Shown: in pieces, positions 61,707 through 64,000 of the stretch | How positions within the stretch are numbered: position 1 is the stretch's first letter | Layout: each line of letters starts with the position of its first letter | NCBI GenBank assembly: GCA_946533675.1 | Contig: CAMNBZ010000001.1 | Span: 64,224 to 128,223 of the forward strand | DNA length: 64,000 nucleotides | Direction: 5' to 3' | Origin: an uncultured Verrucomicrobiota bacterium | GTDB taxonomy: Bacteria > Verrucomicrobiota > Kiritimatiellia > RFP12 > UBA1067 | Notes under the pieces: model-generated | The model's database searches: none | What the model saw: only the letters and a program-made list of their open reading frames with translations | Told to the model about the DNA's origin: nothing | Translations under genes and position numbers: made by a program

Positions 61707-61792
61707 TGGTTGTCAGGAGTGGATTCGAACCACTGAAGGCGTTAGCCAGCAGATTTACAGTCTGCCCTCGTTGACCGCTTGAGTACCTGACA
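61707..61792 (-). tRNA. tRNA-Tyr (GUA)
   Basis: Reverse complement TGTCAGGTACTCAAGCGGTCAA..GCAGA-CTGTAAA-TCTGC..variable arm..AGTGGTTCGAATCCACTCCTGACAACCA. Confidence 0.85.
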
Positions 61793-61807
61793 ATCACGAA
61801 GTGGGGC

Positions 61808-61822
61808 ATAGTATATCAAAAT
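61808..61822 (-). promoter_or_regulatory. extended -10 promoter (TTTTGATATACTATG) for tRNA-Tyr
   Basis: TATACT lies 17 nt upstream of the tRNA 5' end. Confidence 0.5.
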
Positions 61823-61883
61823 GCGATGCGCCGCGTCAAGTGCGAATCGGCTGCAACTTGACGCGGCGCACGGCGGGCGATTT

Positions 61884-62918
61884 TCAGCAGTATTTGCGGA
61901 CGATCGCCTCGTATTCGTCGGCCTGCGCCTCCATCGACTCGACCATCTTGAACTGCGTGTGGCAGCGCACGAGGTTGTGGTCGTCGTAGGCGGTGTGGAA
62001 GTACGTGTCGCCGTTGAGGTAGTCCGCGAGGAAGCGGATGCCGCATTCGAGCGTCAGGAGCCGCCCCGAGAACGCGATGTTCGCCTTCTCCGCCTCGTTG
62101 AGGAACTTCGCGCCGGCGAGGTAGCCCTTGACGAGCGCCTCGAAGTATTCCTTCTTCGAGTAGACCTTCGACAGGTCCTTCTCGTCCTCGGCCGCGGCCG
62201 CGCTCGACGTGCGCACCATGTCGCCGAAGTCGTAGAGGGCCGAGCCGGGCATCGTCGTATCGAGGTCGATGACGACGTTCGTGCCGTCGGGCGCGAGCAT
62301 CACGTTGTTGATCTTCGTGTCCTGGTGCACGACGCGCTCGGGGATGTCGCCCGACTTCATCAGGTCGACGATCCGCGAGCACTCCGCGCGGCGCTTCTCG
62401 ACGAACGCGAGCTCCGCGGCCACCTTCGCCTTGCGGCCCTTGACGTCCTTCGCCGCCGCCTCGTCGAGCTGGCGCAGACGGTCGGGCGTGTCGTGGAACC
62501 GGGCGATGATGTCGGCGAGCCGCGGCGGCGGGATGTCGGCGAGGTCGTTCTGGAACTTGGCGAACGCCGCCGCCACCTGCTCGGCCTGCGCGACTTCGGT
62601 GACGACGTCCGTCGAGGTGTAGCCCTCGAGGAACGCGTAGAGCCGCCACGGGTTCTCGTAGCCGACGACTTCGAGCGACGCGACGCCCTTCGACTTGAGG
62701 AAGGACGTCACGCGCAGGATGTTGTTCTTCAGCAGGACGGGATCGAAGATGTCGGTGTTGACGCGCTGGAGGATGAACCGCACGCCGCGCTTCGTCTCGA
62801 CCTTGAAGGTGTCGTTGATGTGCCCCGAGCCGTAGCGCGCGACGTCGGTCGCGTCGGTGACGCCCATCGACGCGAGCGCCGCCAGCAGTTCGTCCTTCGC
62901 GTAGACGCGCGCGCCCAT
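61884..62918 (-). CDS. APH-family sugar kinase (N-acetylhexosamine-1-kinase/NahK-like)
   Basis: YGSGHINDTFKV, HQDTKINNVML (Brenner motif), IDLDT. ATG 62916-62918 overlaps the upstream TAA (TAATG). Confidence 0.6.
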   Translation of the reverse strand: MGARVYAKDELLAALASMGVTDATDVARYGSGHINDTFKVETKRGVRFILQRVNTDIFDPVLLKNNILRVTSFLKSKGVASLEVVGYENPWRLYAFLEGYTSTDVVTEVAQAEQVAAAFAKFQNDLADIPPPRLADIIARFHDTPDRLRQLDEAAAKDVKGRKAKVAAELAFVEKRRAECSRIVDLMKSGDIPERVVHQDTKINNVMLAPDGTNVVIDLDTTMPGSALYDFGDMVRTSSAAAAEDEKDLSKVYSKKEYFEALVKGYLAGAKFLNEAEKANIAFSGRLLTLECGIRFLADYLNGDTYFHTAYDDHNLVRCHTQFKMVESMEAQADEYEAIVRKYC

Positions 62919-63925
62919 TACTTCTTCCCCTTCTTCGCCTTGATGACCGGGATCTGGGCCGCGGCGACGGACTGGCCGAGGCGGCGGAAGTGCTCGTCCG
63001 GCACGACGAGCTCGATCTTCTCCGCCCACTCGGGATAGACGTCCTTGAGCATCGCCTGCGCCGTCTCGAGGATGATGTCGCCGCCGAGGCCCGACGTGAC
63101 GCGCCCGAGCAGCATCATGCTCGTGTAGTCGTAGAACTCGTTGTACCACGGGATCGCGTGCGCGAGGAAGCGGCCGATCTGCACGTAGACCTTGAGCGCG
63201 CGCTGGTCGCCCTTCTCCATCGCGGCCTGCACGACCTTGAGGCGCTCGGGGAGCTTCATCTCCTGCGGGAACGTGAAGCCGTGCTTCTCGGCGAGCCAGT
63301 TGACGGCCTGCTGCGAGAACGCCATCGCGCCCACGCCCGCGTCGCCCGACCACTCGTCCTTCGGCGCGGCCGGGTTGAAGTCGACCGGCGCGAACGCGAG
63401 CTCGGTGATGCGGCCCGTCAGCGCGCCCGACGGATCGATGTAGCCGACGGCCTCCGACGAGCCCATCGCGACGCCGAGGATGCCCTTCTTGCCCATCGTG
63501 ATCATGCCGGCGAGCGCCGAGACGTCACCGTCGTTGTAGATCTCGAACGGCACGCCCCAGTCCTTCTCGACGCGGAAGAACATGTCCTGCGCGATCGGGT
63601 ACTTCTCGGGATTCTGCTCCTTGATCGCGCGGAAGAGGCTGGCGACGCCCATCTTCTTGCCCACGAGCGTGCCCGCCGTCGAGCCGCCGATCGCGTCGAC
63701 GCGCGGCAGCGTGGCCGCGGCCTCCTTGAGGCCCGCCGTCAGCATGGAGTAGTGATACTCGGGATCGGGGTTGTTGCGCGGATCCCACGGGAACTCCTTC
63801 GAGAAGACGACCTTGCCCTTGTCGAGCGCGGAGATCTTGAAGTCGCTCGCGCCGAGGTCGAAGCCGATGCGGCAGCCGTCGGCGACGGTCTTGACCTTCG
63901 TCAGCGTCTCGTTCATCTCGGGCAT
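62918..63925 (-). CDS. ROK/ASKHA-family sugar kinase
   Basis: RIGFDLGASDFKISAL..NDGDVSALAG..GVAMGSSEAVGY. The start is uncertain: the track start at 63940 is GTG and the frame stays open to the right window edge. ATG 63923-63925 (MPEMNETL) chosen. Confidence 0.6.
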   Translation of the reverse strand: MPEMNETLTKVKTVADGCRIGFDLGASDFKISALDKGKVVFSKEFPWDPRNNPDPEYHYSMLTAGLKEAAATLPRVDAIGGSTAGTLVGKKMGVASLFRAIKEQNPEKYPIAQDMFFRVEKDWGVPFEIYNDGDVSALAGMITMGKKGILGVAMGSSEAVGYIDPSGALTGRITELAFAPVDFNPAAPKDEWSGDAGVGAMAFSQQAVNWLAEKHGFTFPQEMKLPERLKVVQAAMEKGDQRALKVYVQIGRFLAHAIPWYNEFYDYTSMMLLGRVTSGLGGDIILETAQAMLKDVYPEWAEKIELVVPDEHFRRLGQSVAAAQIPVIKAKKGKK

Positions 63926-64000
63926 CTTCTTCAGCGGCACGACGACCGCCTCGACCGGACGGCCGTAGAGGTCGGAGAAGAAGCCGTAGTCGAACTTGCG

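Noticed and set aside
63926-64000. The reading frame of the ROK kinase stays open to the right edge, which could indicate a longer or fused protein.
   Set aside because: The ROK ATP-binding GFDLGAS motif normally sits within about 10-25 residues of the N-terminus, and open frames are common at this GC content. This cannot be resolved without downstream sequence.

Overview
This 64-kb window has two sharply different compositional halves, and every credible gene lies on the minus strand. GC values below are by-eye estimates from a few sampled lines.

Positions 1 to about 18.9 kb are AT-rich (roughly 35-45% GC).
- A surface-polysaccharide locus comes first: GT4 and GT2 glycosyltransferases, a pyruvyl transferase with an FrhB-like partner, a Wzx flippase, an epimerase, two acyltransferase-3 genes, an unknown 424-aa protein, and rfbA/rfbC.
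- One of the acyltransferase genes is broken by a perfect 25-bp tandem duplication.
- An even more AT-rich, tightly packed four-gene cassette follows at 14.9-18.7 kb. Its distal pair looks like a PARIS-type ABC-ATPase plus DUF4435/TOPRIM defence module.
- The proximal pair of that cassette, a membrane protein and an MBL-fold protein with substituted metal ligands, is uncharacterised. This cassette is my best candidate for an undescribed system. It is bracketed by repeat and gene-remnant DNA.

Positions 18.9-20.8 kb are repeat-dense junction DNA.
- It holds a 23-bp palindromic tandem array, about 90-bp direct repeats around a two-gene remnant, a 22-bp iteron-like array and 45-bp repeats.
- A tyrosine integrase then abuts a tRNA-Gly/Leu/Ser operon, which is genomic-island architecture.

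From 22.4 kb onward the sequence is GC-rich (about 65-70%) core genome.
- Genes include rpmJ-rpsM-rpsK-rpsD-rpoA-rplQ-rpsU, an HK/BatD-like/TonB-like operon, a CPA2 antiporter and ilvC.
- There are two paralogous secreted/PEP-CTERM clusters.
- Thiamine and folate genes are present, including a response-regulator::HPPK fusion.
- Also present are lepA, pyrF, rmuC, a parC-like gene, tRNA-Tyr and sugar kinases.
- Recurring sequence-level signals are a conserved extended -10 motif (TGATATAMTAT), REP-like hairpins with covarying stems, a GGGGACAGACCCC 13-mer, and many ATGA start/stop overlaps.

A PVC-type host (Kiritimatiellae/Lentisphaerae-like) is only an inference, drawn from the PEP-CTERM proteins and the high GC. 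All family assignments rest on motif recognition by eye; no searches were run.
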